Origin: Candidatus Iainarchaeum sp. | GTDB taxonomy: Archaea; Iainarchaeota; Iainarchaeia; Iainarchaeales; JAZDEL01 | Length of the DNA stretch: 32,000 bases | Direction: 5' to 3' | Assembly (NCBI GenBank): GCA_043808785.1 | Contig: JAZDEL010000005.1 | Coordinates: forward strand, 1-32,000 | Shown here: positions 1 through 8,727 of the stretch, in pieces | Layout of the letters: every line of letters starts with the position of its first letter | Numbering within the stretch: position 1 is the stretch's first letter | The notes under the pieces: generated by a model | The model's input: the letters and a program-made list of their open reading frames with translations, nothing else | The model's database searches: none | What the model was told of the DNA's origin: nothing | Translations under genes and position numbers: made by a program

Positions 1-78
1 CACTATCTTTCCCCTGCTGTCCACGACAGCAGCGTTTATGTGCTCCTTATGGACATCGAGTCCCGCATAGAACGTCAC
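1..78 (-). mobile_element. IS110-family (DEDD) transposase, 5' end only (26 codons; gene continues past the left edge)
   Basis: Minus-strand reading from GTG (78-76) gives VTFYAGLDVHKEHINAAVVDSRGKIV. This resembles the G(I/L)DVHK N-terminus typical of IS110/IS116/IS902 transposases. An in-frame TGA lies immediately upstream and GGAGGTG lies at 85-91. It is absent from the ORF track because it has no stop inside the window. Confidence 0.5.
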
Positions 79-154
79 TCAAACCACCTCCATAGTGTTG
101 TGTATTGTTCCACTATTTCGGGGTTTTCATAACATTCATAAAAATGAAATGCGC

Positions 155-856
155 CTAAACCATTAAATTAGTTACCTGCCGATGCCGCGCCCCGCAATCG
201 CCGGGCTTGGCAAGCACCACCCTGAAAGCCCCTGGCTTGAAAATTTTCCACAGCCCGCTTGAGACAAAAACCCTAAACAGCGCGGCCTTCAGCGGGTTTT
301 TTGTTTCAGGAATTTGCGGGGGAACAAAGCGGAAATCGAAGCCTATTTTCGAAAGCATTCCCTTCAGTTCGAAATAGCTGAACTCGCGCGCAGGGCCGTA
401 GTATTCGCTGTCCGCATGCCCTCGCCCGAACCTGTTTGGCGCGGTAAAGAACGCCTTTCCCTCGGGGCGCAGGACGCGGAAGCACTCGCCCAGCGCATGC
501 TCCGCACTTCCGAAGTGCTCGAGGGCATTGAGAATAAGCACTGAGTCAAAGCTGCCCGTGCTAAAAGGCAGCGCCTCGGCAAGGCCCTGCGCAAAGAAAA
601 CATTGCGCACGCTGCTGCTTTTTTTTGATTTGGCAAGGCGCGGCATGCTGCTGTCAAACGCAATGAACATGCAGGCAGGCATTTCTGGCGCAAGCAGGGT
701 TTCAAACCAGATAAGGCCTGCCCCGACATCCAGCAGCCTGTGCTTTTTGTTTTTTTCAATCGCGAGGAAATCGGGTATGCAGCGCCACGATTTGTCGTGC
801 CGAAAAGCCGCGAGGTAATGCCCTAAGGATCTTTCAGGGGGTATTTCAGCCTGCAT
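155..856 (-). CDS. class I SAM-dependent methyltransferase (Methyltransf_11/25-like)
   Basis: 233-aa ORF. It has motif I LLDVGAG and the downstream ALPFSTGSFDSVLILNALEHF strand typical of class I methyltransferases. Its ATG overlaps the stop of the upstream gene by 11 nt (846-856). Confidence 0.85.
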   Translation of the reverse strand: MQAEIPPERSLGHYLAAFRHDKSWRCIPDFLAIEKNKKHRLLDVGAGLIWFETLLAPEMPACMFIAFDSSMPRLAKSKKSSSVRNVFFAQGLAEALPFSTGSFDSVLILNALEHFGSAEHALGECFRVLRPEGKAFFTAPNRFGRGHADSEYYGPAREFSYFELKGMLSKIGFDFRFVPPQIPETKNPLKAALFRVFVSSGLWKIFKPGAFRVVLAKPGDCGARHRQVTNLMV

Positions 857-2486
857 GCATATCCAGCCGCCTTAGGGCGATTGAAACAACTGCGCACTGC
901 ATGGCAAACCATGCAAAGAGCCCGGCGAGGCAAGCAATCTGGAGAATGCCGAAATCCGGCACAGTTGGGGAGAAGCCGAGGTGCATGAGGCAGATAAGCG
1001 CCTCCTCGAAAGGCGGAACGCCGATAGCAAACACCGAGGGCTGGAGAATCCCGAGGAATGCTATGGAAAGCGCGATAAGGACTGGCTGGATTATTGCAAA
1101 CGAAACAAGCAGCACTCTCCAGTTCCGCATTTTGTCGCCGCGCCTGCCGAAGGCAAGGAAGAGCGCGGATGAAACAACAAGGCCTGCCTCAATAAGCGCA
1201 AACTCAAGCAGGTTAATGTTCTGGGCCGCTGTTTTTTCCGCGTGCATTGCACCAAGGAGTTCGCTTGCGCGCGCGGCATCCGCTGCACGCGCACCAGAAT
1301 CGAAAGGCTGCGGCGCGCTTTCGAACTCCACAACAAGCTCCCCGCCGCTTCCGAAATCGTGCGTTAGAACTACACCCTCACTACCCGCTTCGGGAACTAT
1401 CCGTTCACCGCGGAAAACCGCGCTTTCGACAGGGGTTTTTGTCCTGAGCAGTAGCGAGAGCTGTGTGCCTTCCGCGGCTTTTTTTGTTTCAATATGTATG
1501 CGCAGTTCGCTGCCATTGAGCGATTCCGAAACAGTGGTGTTTTGCCTCGCCTCCCAGTAGTCAGCAACCTCGCCGGCTGTTGCCCACCAGAGATTTGACT
1601 TTTCCAGGTATGCGAGCGTCTTGTCCCAATCGGAGAAGTTTTTGGAGTCAAGCAGGTCTTCTGAATGGAAGAAAAAGTTAAGGACCGCGTGGCTTTTTAT
1701 GAGGTATTCCAGGTATTGCTTGTCTTCATAGCTTGAGAGGTAGATTGTTGTGGGGACAAGAACCATGCGGCTGCCTGAGGCAGTATCGTAGTAAAGCGGG
1801 TAAGGGTCGAATGTGTCGGTGTAAAATTTCCCCTCCGCAACCTTCATCATGCGCGGGCGCAGGAAGTTTCCGTAGTTCCTTTTCACAAGGATGTAGCGGA
1901 AGCCGTTTTCTGCGAGCGCGTCCGCAATGCAGTCCGTCCACATATATGCGGGCCCGCGGAAACCTGTGATAAGCGAATTGTCAAGCCCCGCTGCGGCAAA
2001 GGTCGCCCTTATCTCGGAAACAGTGCCGCCGCACCATGCGGGGTCAAGAGCCAAAGGTTGCTCGTATGCGTCGAATTCCCCAGCCCTGCGCAGCCCGTTC
2101 ATGTGCGTCAATCCGTGGTCCGCAAGCTCAATCCAGCCGCTGCCCTGAACATCAAGCACCCATTTTTTAACCTCCTCGGGCGCGGCAAGTATGCTTGTCT
2201 TCGATGTTTCGCTGCTGAAAGCCTCGCTCTTCGGCACGAATGTCGCAGTTACCTTCAGCTGCGGGTGCATGCGCTTTGTTTCGAGCATCTTCCCCCAGTA
2301 AAGCGGAATTCCCGCGGAGTTTGCGGGCTCGCCCTCGTCCCAGAGCGAATCATAGGAGGCCGTAAGGGGCGCATCCGCGCAGTGCTTCCATTCGCAGAGC
2401 CCTGCAAAAGCGGCGTTGGCAGAAGGGGGCAGCAGAACCAACAAGAACAGGGCTGTTTGCCAGATCCTCATAGTATCGCCTTGCAT
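846..2486 (-). CDS. exported polysaccharide-deacetylase-like (DUF2334/CE4-like) protein with a C-terminal polytopic membrane anchor
   Basis: 546-aa ORF. It has a signal-like N-terminus (MRIWQTALFLLVLLPPSANA) and an HGLTH His pair within a deacetylase-like central domain. It has N-x-S/T sequons (NTT, NGS, NFS). Three to four hydrophobic helices lie at the C-terminus (LVVSSALFLAF, VLLVSFAIIQPVLIALSIAFLGIL, ILQIACLAGLFAWFAM). ATG at 2471 is an alternative start. Confidence 0.7.
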   Translation of the reverse strand: MQGDTMRIWQTALFLLVLLPPSANAAFAGLCEWKHCADAPLTASYDSLWDEGEPANSAGIPLYWGKMLETKRMHPQLKVTATFVPKSEAFSSETSKTSILAAPEEVKKWVLDVQGSGWIELADHGLTHMNGLRRAGEFDAYEQPLALDPAWCGGTVSEIRATFAAAGLDNSLITGFRGPAYMWTDCIADALAENGFRYILVKRNYGNFLRPRMMKVAEGKFYTDTFDPYPLYYDTASGSRMVLVPTTIYLSSYEDKQYLEYLIKSHAVLNFFFHSEDLLDSKNFSDWDKTLAYLEKSNLWWATAGEVADYWEARQNTTVSESLNGSELRIHIETKKAAEGTQLSLLLRTKTPVESAVFRGERIVPEAGSEGVVLTHDFGSGGELVVEFESAPQPFDSGARAADAARASELLGAMHAEKTAAQNINLLEFALIEAGLVVSSALFLAFGRRGDKMRNWRVLLVSFAIIQPVLIALSIAFLGILQPSVFAIGVPPFEEALICLMHLGFSPTVPDFGILQIACLAGLFAWFAMQCAVVSIALRRLDMHAG

Positions 2487-2510
2487 CGCTTACAGGGATT
2501 TATGTGCAGT

Positions 2511-2539
2511 TAGTGATTAATATGCATAGTGATTAATAT
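2511..2539. promoter_or_regulatory. duplicated AT-rich box in a divergent promoter spacer
   Basis: TAGTGATTAATAT occurs twice (2511-2523 and 2527-2539) in the 102-bp AT-rich spacer between the divergent genes ending at 2486(-) and starting at 2589(+). Each copy contains the ATTAAT palindrome. ATGCAT palindromes lie at 2522-2527 and 2560-2565. Confidence 0.35.
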
Positions 2540-2588
2540 TCTAATTGATATAAATCCTTATGCATATACCTCGGCGAGAGGAAAAAAA

Positions 2589-3374
2589 ATGAGCTTCACG
2601 GAACGGCAACGGTTCAAGAGCAACATTGGGGAAGTAGAATACATATTCCCTTACCATTACGGCGACCTTGGCCTGGAAAAAGACGGGAGAAACATAAAAT
2701 TCATAGAATACCTGGCGCGCATCGAATTTGTAAAAAAAATCGTGGAAAAAACAGGGGCAAAAAAAGTTTTGGACGCCGGGTGCGGGGACGGAAGGTTCAT
2801 TTATGAAATGAAAAACAAGGGCATCGAACTGGTCGGGGTTGATTTCTCGGAAAAGGCAATCGGTTTCGCAAAGGCTTTTAATCCCGAAGCCAAGTTTATT
2901 GCCTGTGATTTAAAAAACCTGCAATTTAAGCGCGAGTTCGACTGTGCAGTCTGCATTGAGACATTCGAGCACATAGGCTCCGCAGACCTCCAAACTGTAC
3001 TAAAAAAACTCAATAAATCGCTGAAAGACAACGGTGTTTTGGTCCTCACTGTCCCGACTTTATCGCAAGAGCTTCCTAACGGGCACTATCAGCACTTTTC
3101 CGAAGAATCGCTGATTAAAACATTCGGCGGGGAGTTCGAGGTCGCTGCAATTTACGGGCTAGGAAAATCCGGGCTTTTGTTCTGGGTTTTTACAAAGCTG
3201 AGGTATGCGGGAAATGTATTCTGCAGTTTTGGCAGGATTGCCATAGGGTGCAGGCATTATTTCCGCTTTTTGGGCTGGTTTTACAAAAAGTTCCTGCTTG
3301 AAAGCCCTTTGCACAAAGCAAAAAAGCTTGTTGCTGTCTGCAGGAAGAAGGGGAGCAACAGGGCTGCGGAATAA
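2589..3374 (+). CDS. class I SAM-dependent methyltransferase
   Basis: ORF 2529-3374, trimmed to ATG 2589, which is preceded by GAGAGG. It has motif I VLDAGCGDGRF and the acidic strand FDCAVCIETFEHI. GC is lower than in neighbours (26/60 in sample 2641-2700). Confidence 0.85.
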   Translation: MSFTERQRFKSNIGEVEYIFPYHYGDLGLEKDGRNIKFIEYLARIEFVKKIVEKTGAKKVLDAGCGDGRFIYEMKNKGIELVGVDFSEKAIGFAKAFNPEAKFIACDLKNLQFKREFDCAVCIETFEHIGSADLQTVLKKLNKSLKDNGVLVLTVPTLSQELPNGHYQHFSEESLIKTFGGEFEVAAIYGLGKSGLLFWVFTKLRYAGNVFCSFGRIAIGCRHYFRFLGWFYKKFLLESPLHKAKKLVAVCRKKGSNRAAE

Positions 3375-3388
3375 ATCAGGTGGAAATT

Positions 3389-4519
3389 ATGAGGATTGCA
3401 AGGTTCGTAAGCGAGTTTAAGGCAGATGCCGACAGGGGCCTTATGCCAAACTACCATAAACTCTCCCTTGCGCAGCGCGCGCTGGGGAACGATGTCTCGA
3501 TTTTCGCAATGGGCGAAGCGGAAAGCGGGGGCACGGCCTTCAACGGCATTGATGTAACTTTTGTCAAAAAACCTCCGCTTGCGAGGGTTTTTTTGGGCGG
3601 GAAACTCATGGATGCGCTTTTAAAATCAGGCTTCGATGCCCGGATAGTGCATTCCACAAATCCCATGCCCTTAGGCTGGCTCTTCCCCCATTACAGGAAA
3701 AAAACAAATGCAAAATTCGCGCTTTCGCTGCACGGTTCCCTGAACCCGCTCCGCGCTCACGGGCACGGAAGCGTTTTTGCAATGCGCGACTCGCTCGAGT
3801 TTCCAGCGCTTGCGAAATTCCTTGCGCGGCGCGTGGATATCATACTCCCTGTCGCGGATTTCATAAAGCGCGAGCTGCTGGATGCGGGCGTGCCGGAACA
3901 AAAGATAAAGGTCGTGCCTAGCGGCGTTGATTTTGCCATGTTCAGCGGCACCAGGCCAAAAATGGGCGGCACAGGAAGCGAGTTTACGGTGCTTTACACA
4001 GGCAGGCTTGCCGAAACCAAGGGGATTGCGCATCTCCTGCAGGCTGCGGCGCTGCTTAAGGGCAAGGGCATAAAATTCAGGCTTGTAGGCGGCACTGCAA
4101 AAGACGGCGGGTATGCGGGCGCTGTTTCTCTTGCAGGCAGGCTCGGCGTGAACGAGTTTGTAGAGTTCCTGCCCCCTGTAAGCCACGGGGAAATGCCCGC
4201 GCTCTATGCGCAGGCTGACGCGTTTGTGCTCCCTTCATTCATGGAGGGCAGGAGCAAGGTGCTCTGGGAGGCGATGGCTGCAGGCGTGCCCGCAATAGCC
4301 ACTGCCTGTGGCGGCACGCTTGAAACAATAAGGCACGGCGAGAACGGCCTGCTTGTTCCCGTTGCGGATGCGGAGGCGATAGCGGAGGCAATAATGAGGC
4401 TAAGGAATGACGGTGCGCTTTGCAGAAGGCTTGCCAGGAGGGGGAGGGCAACTGCCAAGGGGTTTGACTGGAAAATTGTGGCGAAACAATACCTTGCCGC
4501 ATTCGAGGCGGTTTTGTGA
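3389..4519 (+). CDS. GT4-family (GT-B fold, group 1) glycosyltransferase
   Basis: ATG 3389 sits 6 nt after AGGTGG. The C-terminal domain shows LYTGRLAETKG and the E-x7-E region PSFMEGRSKVLWEAMAAGVPAIAT...ENGLLV, typical of GT4 enzymes. Confidence 0.9.
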   Translation: MRIARFVSEFKADADRGLMPNYHKLSLAQRALGNDVSIFAMGEAESGGTAFNGIDVTFVKKPPLARVFLGGKLMDALLKSGFDARIVHSTNPMPLGWLFPHYRKKTNAKFALSLHGSLNPLRAHGHGSVFAMRDSLEFPALAKFLARRVDIILPVADFIKRELLDAGVPEQKIKVVPSGVDFAMFSGTRPKMGGTGSEFTVLYTGRLAETKGIAHLLQAAALLKGKGIKFRLVGGTAKDGGYAGAVSLAGRLGVNEFVEFLPPVSHGEMPALYAQADAFVLPSFMEGRSKVLWEAMAAGVPAIATACGGTLETIRHGENGLLVPVADAEAIAEAIMRLRNDGALCRRLARRGRATAKGFDWKIVAKQYLAAFEAVL

Positions 4520-4556
4520 TTGCTTTGCGCGCGCAAAATGTGCGGGGTGCCAGAAA

Positions 4557-5768
4557 ATGAAAATATGCTATGTGGCAACAACAACGCACATAAGCAAAAA
4601 CATGGGCGATGCGCTCGGCAGCACAACCCACACAATGGGTGCTGCAAAAGCCCTGTGCAGGCACGGGCACGAGGTGATATTGGTAAGCGACATGCATGAG
4701 GGGGACGGCGCCTGCGAAACAATAGAAGGGGTAAAGGTCTACAGGCTCCTGCGCGGGATTTTTGTGAGCTCGGGCAGCGTGAAAAGGAGCGGAGCGAACT
4801 TTCTCCTTAAGAGGCTGAATCCGCTAAGCGCCTTAGTGCTGGGCATAAGAATCGCGGAAATCGTGAGAAAGGAGGGGTGCGACGCAATCCTCGAGCGCTC
4901 GCAGAGCGGCGCTGCCGGGGCGGTTGCGTCATACGTTACGGGCAGGCCGATGCTACTCGAGCTCATAGATAACCTGCAGTCGCGGCTCTCGCTCAGCCGC
5001 GCGCAAATGATTTTTACATATACCCCCGCAATGCTTGGCGGCAGGTTCGGCGAGAAGACCGTCGTGGTAGATAGCGGCTACGACGGCGAAATTTTCCGGC
5101 CGCGGAAGGCAAAGGCGGAGTATGATTTGTGCTATGCAGGCTCCTTCAAGGAGTGGGACGGCCTGGAGGATTTGGTAGAAGCGGCGGCAATTCTGCATAA
5201 CCCGAAACTGCGGTTCCTGCTTGTGGGAGATGGGGTTAATTACGCAGGCATAAGGAGGCTTGCAAAGATTAAAAACGTCTCGGGGAACTTTTGTTTCACC
5301 GGGAAGGTTGCGCTTGCGGAAGTGCCCGCCCTTATCGCGCGTGCGAGGGTTTGCATCGCGCCCTTCAACATAAGGCGCACAAAAAAAGGGGGTTTTGAAA
5401 AATACGGCTATTACTTCAGCCCGCTCAAGCTTTACGAATACATAGCGTGCGGAAAGCCGATAATCACGGCGGATTACCCGATAATACGCAAAACTTTTTC
5501 GGAGAGAAACGGGGCGCTTTTCAGGGAGGGCAGTGTCGAGGCGCTTGCCGAGGCGATAAAAAGCACGCTTGAAAGAAAGGACCTCGGCGCAATAGGCAGG
5601 CGCAACCTTGAATACTCCAAAAGGTTCACATGGTTCGAGGTTATAAGGCCGATAGCGGCGGGGATTGAGATGGTGTGCTGCGGGGCCACGGCGCATGAAA
5701 ATGTTTGCGGCAGTGCTGCCGCGGCTGGAAAGGTACGCGGCAAATCCCCCGAGGGGGCGGCAAAATGA
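4557..5768 (+). CDS. GT4-like (group 1) glycosyltransferase
   Basis: Trimmed to ATG 4557 (MKICYVATT...), the usual GT4 N-terminus. It has the motif FSPLKLYEYIACGKPIITAD...NGALF. Its stop overlaps the next ATG (ATGA at 5765-5768). Confidence 0.85.
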   Translation: MKICYVATTTHISKNMGDALGSTTHTMGAAKALCRHGHEVILVSDMHEGDGACETIEGVKVYRLLRGIFVSSGSVKRSGANFLLKRLNPLSALVLGIRIAEIVRKEGCDAILERSQSGAAGAVASYVTGRPMLLELIDNLQSRLSLSRAQMIFTYTPAMLGGRFGEKTVVVDSGYDGEIFRPRKAKAEYDLCYAGSFKEWDGLEDLVEAAAILHNPKLRFLLVGDGVNYAGIRRLAKIKNVSGNFCFTGKVALAEVPALIARARVCIAPFNIRRTKKGGFEKYGYYFSPLKLYEYIACGKPIITADYPIIRKTFSERNGALFREGSVEALAEAIKSTLERKDLGAIGRRNLEYSKRFTWFEVIRPIAAGIEMVCCGATAHENVCGSAAAAGKVRGKSPEGAAK

Positions 5769-6904
5769 AGGTCGCACAGGTCTGCCCTTTCTTCCATCCC
5801 GTGATAGGCGGCTGGGAGACCGCGGTGCTGAACATATCCAAGGGGCTGATAGAGCGCGGGCACGAGGTTACCGTCTTTACATGCGATGAAATGCACGACA
5901 AAACCAAAATACGCGAGCGCGAGGGTTTCGCGGAGGGCGTAAGGGTAAAGCGCTTTCCCGTATGGTTCAGGGTAAGCGACTTTTACAGGATATGGCCGGG
6001 CTTCATAGGCGAACTGCAAAAGGGCAAATTCGACATAGTGCACGCGCACAACTACAGGCACTTCCACTGCGACGCAAGCGCCTTCCTGAAAGGGCGCGGC
6101 AAATACAAGCTTGTGCTCAGGACAGGCATGCCTTTCCACCCGAAGAGCGCGCAGCTCGGCATGATGCGCGGAATTTACGATGCAACAATGCCGAAGCTGC
6201 TGCGCGGGAGAATAGACGGGCTGTTTGTCTACAACAATTCGGAAAAGGAAAAGTTTGAAAGGCTCGGCTTCAGCGGGGAACAAATATCCACAATACCTTA
6301 CGGCGTAGAGGATTTGTTCTTTGAGGAGGGCAACGGCGCAAAGTTCAGGAGGAGGCACTCGCTTAGGAGCAAGGTCGTGCTCTGCGCAGCAAGGCTGCAC
6401 CGCTACAAGGGAATTGAAACGCTGATAAAGGCTGCGGCATTTCTCGGCAGGGATGATGTGAGCATGGTCATAGCGGGGGACGGGGATGAAAAATATGCGC
6501 AAAGCCTCCTGCGCCTCTGCAGGAACATGGGCGTCGAAGACAGGGTTACTTTCGTCAGGGAGAGCATTTCAAGGGAGCAGCTGAGGAACGCCTATGCTGC
6601 GTGCGACCTGTTCGTGCTGCCGAGCATCTATGAATCATACGGCATTGCCCTGCTTGAGGCAATGGCGCAGGGCTGCGCGGTGCTTGCATCACGCACGGAA
6701 GGGCCTGCGGGAATAATAAGCGAAGGCGAGAACGGAATGCTCTTCGAGCCGGGCGGAAGCGCGGAACTTGCGCAAAAAATAGGAAGCCTTATAGACGACG
6801 GCACTGCCAGGGCAAGGCTCGGCAGAAACGCCAAGGCTTACGCGCAGAACCTGCGCTGGGAAAAAATCGTATGCATGATAGACGCGGAGTACGGTAAATT
6901 ATGA
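5765..6904 (+). CDS. GT4-family glycosyltransferase
   Basis: MKVAQVCPFFHPVIGGWE N-terminus. E-x7-E region PSIYESYGIALLEAMAQGCAVLASRTEGPAGIISEGENGMLF. ATGA overlaps at both ends. Confidence 0.9.
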   Translation: MKVAQVCPFFHPVIGGWETAVLNISKGLIERGHEVTVFTCDEMHDKTKIREREGFAEGVRVKRFPVWFRVSDFYRIWPGFIGELQKGKFDIVHAHNYRHFHCDASAFLKGRGKYKLVLRTGMPFHPKSAQLGMMRGIYDATMPKLLRGRIDGLFVYNNSEKEKFERLGFSGEQISTIPYGVEDLFFEEGNGAKFRRRHSLRSKVVLCAARLHRYKGIETLIKAAAFLGRDDVSMVIAGDGDEKYAQSLLRLCRNMGVEDRVTFVRESISREQLRNAYAACDLFVLPSIYESYGIALLEAMAQGCAVLASRTEGPAGIISEGENGMLFEPGGSAELAQKIGSLIDDGTARARLGRNAKAYAQNLRWEKIVCMIDAEYGKL

Positions 6905-8727
6905 AAATCTGCATTGTCTGCGGAGGCTTTCCCCCTGACAAGTACGGCGGGGTAGAGAACAGCCTTGCCGCATTCAGGGAAGCGATGGAGAAAAGGGGGC
7001 ACGAGATAACCGTTATTGCGCAGGATTTCAGGGGGAAGAAAGGGCAAGGCAAAAACATGCACTGGTTCGATGTCGAGCCGCGGAACCCTTTTCCGCAGAT
7101 AGGCATGGTGGGCTTTTTTACCGATGCCCTGCAGTTTGCGAGATGGTATTTCGAGGTTTGGAAATTCCTGCGCAGGCGCGAATTCGACATCTACCACGGC
7201 CACCAGATATGGGGCTTTGTAGGCTGCCTTGCAAAAAAAGGGAAATGGGTTCTGACGCCGAGGAATGTTATCGTGCCGAGCGCAAGCTGGCTGAAAAGCC
7301 TTTCGCACAAGGCGCACTACTTCATCCTCAGGCGTGCGCTGGACAAGGCAGACAGGGTTGTAGCAATAAGCGGGGTTCTCGAGGAAAACATCGCACAGCA
7401 CTCCCAAGCAAACAGGGCGAAGATAAGGAGAATATACAACGGCATAGACCTGCGCAAATTCAGGCGGCTGAAATTAAGGCGGGAAAGGGACGGCAAAAAG
7501 AGGCTCCTCTTTGCAGGCAAGCTGAAGCCCGAGAAGGGCGTGCTTGACGTGCTGCGCGCATACAGGCTGCTGAGGGAAAGGGGAATAGATGCGGAGCTTG
7601 TTGTTGCAGGCACCGGGGCGCATCTAGAAAGGCTGAAGAAGGAATATCCGGAAGTGAGCTTCCTCGGCTTTGTGGGGCAGGAGCGGCTTATAGAGGAATA
7701 CAACAAGGCCGATGCATATGTAGTTTATGCCCCAAAAACAACCGCTGATGAAAGCTTCTGCAACAGCCTTGCCGAGGCAATGGCATGCGAGTGCGCGGTT
7801 GTCTGTTCCGACATACCGATTTACAGGGAAATAACGAAGGGAAAGGCGTTCTTTGCGGAATCCGAAAGCCCGGAAAGGCTGGCAGATGCCATCGAGGGCG
7901 CTATAAAGCGCAAAGACCTTGCGGAAATCGGCAAAGAAATGAGGAAGGTCGCGGAAAACTACTCGCTCGAGAGGTGCGTAGAGGCGCACGAGGCAATGTA
8001 CCGCGAACTGCTTGCCGAGGGCAGGCTGAAGCCGGAAGATTATGGCGAGAACTATTTCCTGAACGAAACCCGCGGCTCCGCCGAGTTCAGGGAAAGCCGC
8101 GGGGAAATGCTCGGGGAGAAGCATGGCAGGGTTCTCTCGCTCCTCGAACCGAAGAGCGGCGAGCGCATCCTCGACATAGGCTGCGGCAGGGGCGAACTTG
8201 CATACCACGCAGCAAAGAGCGGGGCAACGTGCTTCGGGCTTGATTTTTCCCCCGCAGCGCTCCGCCTTGCGCAAGAAAAAAACAGGGGGCGGCTTGTGCA
8301 GGGGGCTTGCACCGAACTTCCCTTCCGCAAAGGCGCGTTCGATGCCGCTGTGCTGGGTGATATTATAGAGCACATAGACAGGGAGGATGCGGTGCGCTGC
8401 ATTGCCGCGGCGCACTTAGCACTGAAGAAGGGCGGCAGGCTCCTTATCCACACAAACAATGTGCGCACCGTGAAGGCTGCGGAAATTCTGGGGATAATTC
8501 AGGGCACAAGGTTCAGGAGGAACGACCCGAAGAAGACAAGGCATATAAACTTCCTTGGCAGGCTTGAGCTTGAGCGCATGCTTTCCGATGCCGGCTTCCG
8601 CTCAATGGCGTGGACCGAAAAAATCGGCAGGAAAAGGTTCAATTTTCCCGCGAGAGATGCCATGCTGGATGCCGCATGCAGGCTCGGCTTCGGCGCGGAC
8701 CTCTTCGCCCTGGGGGTCAAAAAATGA
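6901..8727 (+). CDS. bifunctional fusion: N-terminal GT4 glycosyltransferase plus C-terminal class I SAM methyltransferase
   Basis: 608-aa ORF. Residues about 1-370 are GT4-like (MKICIVCGGFPPDKYGGVEN..., ESFCNSLAEAMACECAVVCSD). Residues about 400-608 carry ILDIGCGRGELAYHAAKSG...GLDFS and FDAAVLGDIIEHI. The domain junction lies near nt 8030. Confidence 0.9.
   Translation: MKICIVCGGFPPDKYGGVENSLAAFREAMEKRGHEITVIAQDFRGKKGQGKNMHWFDVEPRNPFPQIGMVGFFTDALQFARWYFEVWKFLRRREFDIYHGHQIWGFVGCLAKKGKWVLTPRNVIVPSASWLKSLSHKAHYFILRRALDKADRVVAISGVLEENIAQHSQANRAKIRRIYNGIDLRKFRRLKLRRERDGKKRLLFAGKLKPEKGVLDVLRAYRLLRERGIDAELVVAGTGAHLERLKKEYPEVSFLGFVGQERLIEEYNKADAYVVYAPKTTADESFCNSLAEAMACECAVVCSDIPIYREITKGKAFFAESESPERLADAIEGAIKRKDLAEIGKEMRKVAENYSLERCVEAHEAMYRELLAEGRLKPEDYGENYFLNETRGSAEFRESRGEMLGEKHGRVLSLLEPKSGERILDIGCGRGELAYHAAKSGATCFGLDFSPAALRLAQEKNRGRLVQGACTELPFRKGAFDAAVLGDIIEHIDREDAVRCIAAAHLALKKGGRLLIHTNNVRTVKAAEILGIIQGTRFRRNDPKKTRHINFLGRLELERMLSDAGFRSMAWTEKIGRKRFNFPARDAMLDAACRLGFGADLFALGVKK

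Noticed and set aside
4407-4556. N-terminal extensions of the longest ORFs in the track. Examples are 4407, 5705, 8610, 2529, 14606, 15358, 16356, 13638, 23747 and 26554.
   Set aside because: The extensions overlap the preceding gene in another frame and are R/G/C-rich, or begin with TTG or GTG. An internal ATG gives a canonical family N-terminus (for example MKICYVA, MKVAQVC, MKIAYVV), often forming an ATGA or TGATG junction or following an SD-like site.
5474-6502. Long antisense ORFs opposite confidently assigned genes. They are 5474-6502(-), 342 aa; 16956-17993(-), 345 aa; 7624-8415(-), 263 aa; 21431-22237(-), 268 aa; 27552-28190(-), 212 aa; 4953-5777(-), 274 aa; and 10300-10938(-), 212 aa.
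   Set aside because: Each lies opposite an ORF with clear family motifs (GT4, carbamoyltransferase, SdpI and so on). Their translations are R/C/H/P/L-rich with no recognisable motifs. High-GC DNA generates long stop-free antisense frames by chance.
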